Shown piece by piece: positions 63,325 through 64,000 of a stretch of DNA of 64,000 nucleotides. The position numbers were made by a program, and so were the translations under genes. The DNA lies in the NCBI RefSeq assembly GCF_009914755.1, contig NC_060945.1; one strand, given 5' to 3'. The DNA comes from the human T2T-CHM13v2.0 reference genome, Homo sapiens. Position 1 is the stretch's first letter, and each line of letters begins with the position of its first letter. The notes below the pieces were generated by a model. It was not told where the DNA came from. It searched no databases and saw nothing but the letters and a program-made list of their open reading frames with translations.

Positions 63325-63885
63325 TGTCGTAGTCTCAGCAGTGCACCAAGATGTAACAGTCTCTCGTAGTCTGAGATAACATCCAGAGTTCTTTGTTCTA
63401 CCTCTAAGGAGATTAAGGAGCGTGAACACAAAGGTGAGGTTGGAGTGAAAGTTTAAGAAGCAAGAGAAGAAAGCTCTTTGCCAGCAGAGATAGGTATCTG
63501 AAAGTGGTGCCCTCTACGAGGCTGGGTCCAGGGTTTTTATGGACTGGGAAGGGAAGGATATGTGCCTAGTTCACAGGCTGTCTTGAAAAACGTGTGGCTC
63601 AGCTTGGCCCAGGCCTTTGGCCCGGGATCAATCAGGAGCTGAAGGGATGATTGATAGATGCTGCTTAGCTTGGCCCAAGACTTATCAGAAGCTAAGGTGA
63701 AAGTTTGGCCAAGGAGCTTGGCCCGGGAGCAATCAGGGGCTGAAGTAATTATTCATAGAGGTCAGACTTACAGTCCAAATAAAGGAGAGTGTCGACCGGA
63801 ATGCACCAGATCCCACAGTGCCCATGCCAACAAAAAGAGAAGGAACATTTTCCTGGGAGCCCACTGACTGTACAAAGACAAAAGT
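63325..63885 (-). mobile_element. ERV1 LTR (MER61/MER83-like)
   Basis: 'taaggagcgtgaacacaaaggtgaggttggagtgaaagtttaa' and internal repeats 'cttggccc...caatcagg.gctgaag'. Family assignment tentative. Confidence 0.55.
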
Positions 63886-63889
63886 GCTT

Positions 63890-64000
63890 CTTTTTTTTCT
63901 TTTTCTTGTCTTTCTTTCTTTTTTTTGAGATGTACTTTCTTTTTTTATTTATTTTTTTTTTTTTTTGCAGTTTTGCTCTTGTTGCCCAGCCTGGAGTGCA
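63890..64000 (-). mobile_element. Alu 3' end (runs off the window edge)
   Basis: T-rich tail plus 'ttgctcttgttgcccagcctggagtgca'. Confidence 0.85.

Overview
This is primate (almost certainly human or great-ape) non-coding genomic DNA. I find no credible intact protein-coding gene: the ORF track reflects repeats, low-complexity tracts and decayed retroelement ORFs. From left to right the window holds: (i) L1/Alu fragments; (ii) a 5' LTR18-type LTR with a tRNA-Ser primer-binding site and a deleted HERV-S (HERVL18) gag/pol remnant, cut off at ~3445; (iii) ~12 kb of highly diverged 68-70 bp beta (Sau3A/BSR) satellite, organised as a kb-scale composite of spacer and monomer blocks, with two inverted blocks, a twin-primed L1PA insertion and a nested Alu pair; (iv) a minus-strand, pol-deleted ERV1 provirus (gag fused to env-TM) with a truncated 5' LTR; (v) a ~22-unit, ~139 bp ACRO1-type satellite in which each unit carries two divergent ZNF143/SBS-type motifs, a GC box and a hairpin, interrupted near its end by a solo LTR; (vi) ~40 kb of ordinary old L1, Alu, MaLR and MER repeats, including a hY3 Y-RNA retropseudogene. 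Beta satellite together with ACRO1 suggests an acrocentric short-arm or pericentromeric segmental-duplication region, but the chromosome cannot be fixed from the sequence alone. The best candidates for something under-described are the ACRO array as a tandemly amplified promoter module, and a recurrent insertion/breakpoint site at the same position in successive beta-satellite spacers. Repeat subfamily names are recalled from memory and boundaries were read by eye.
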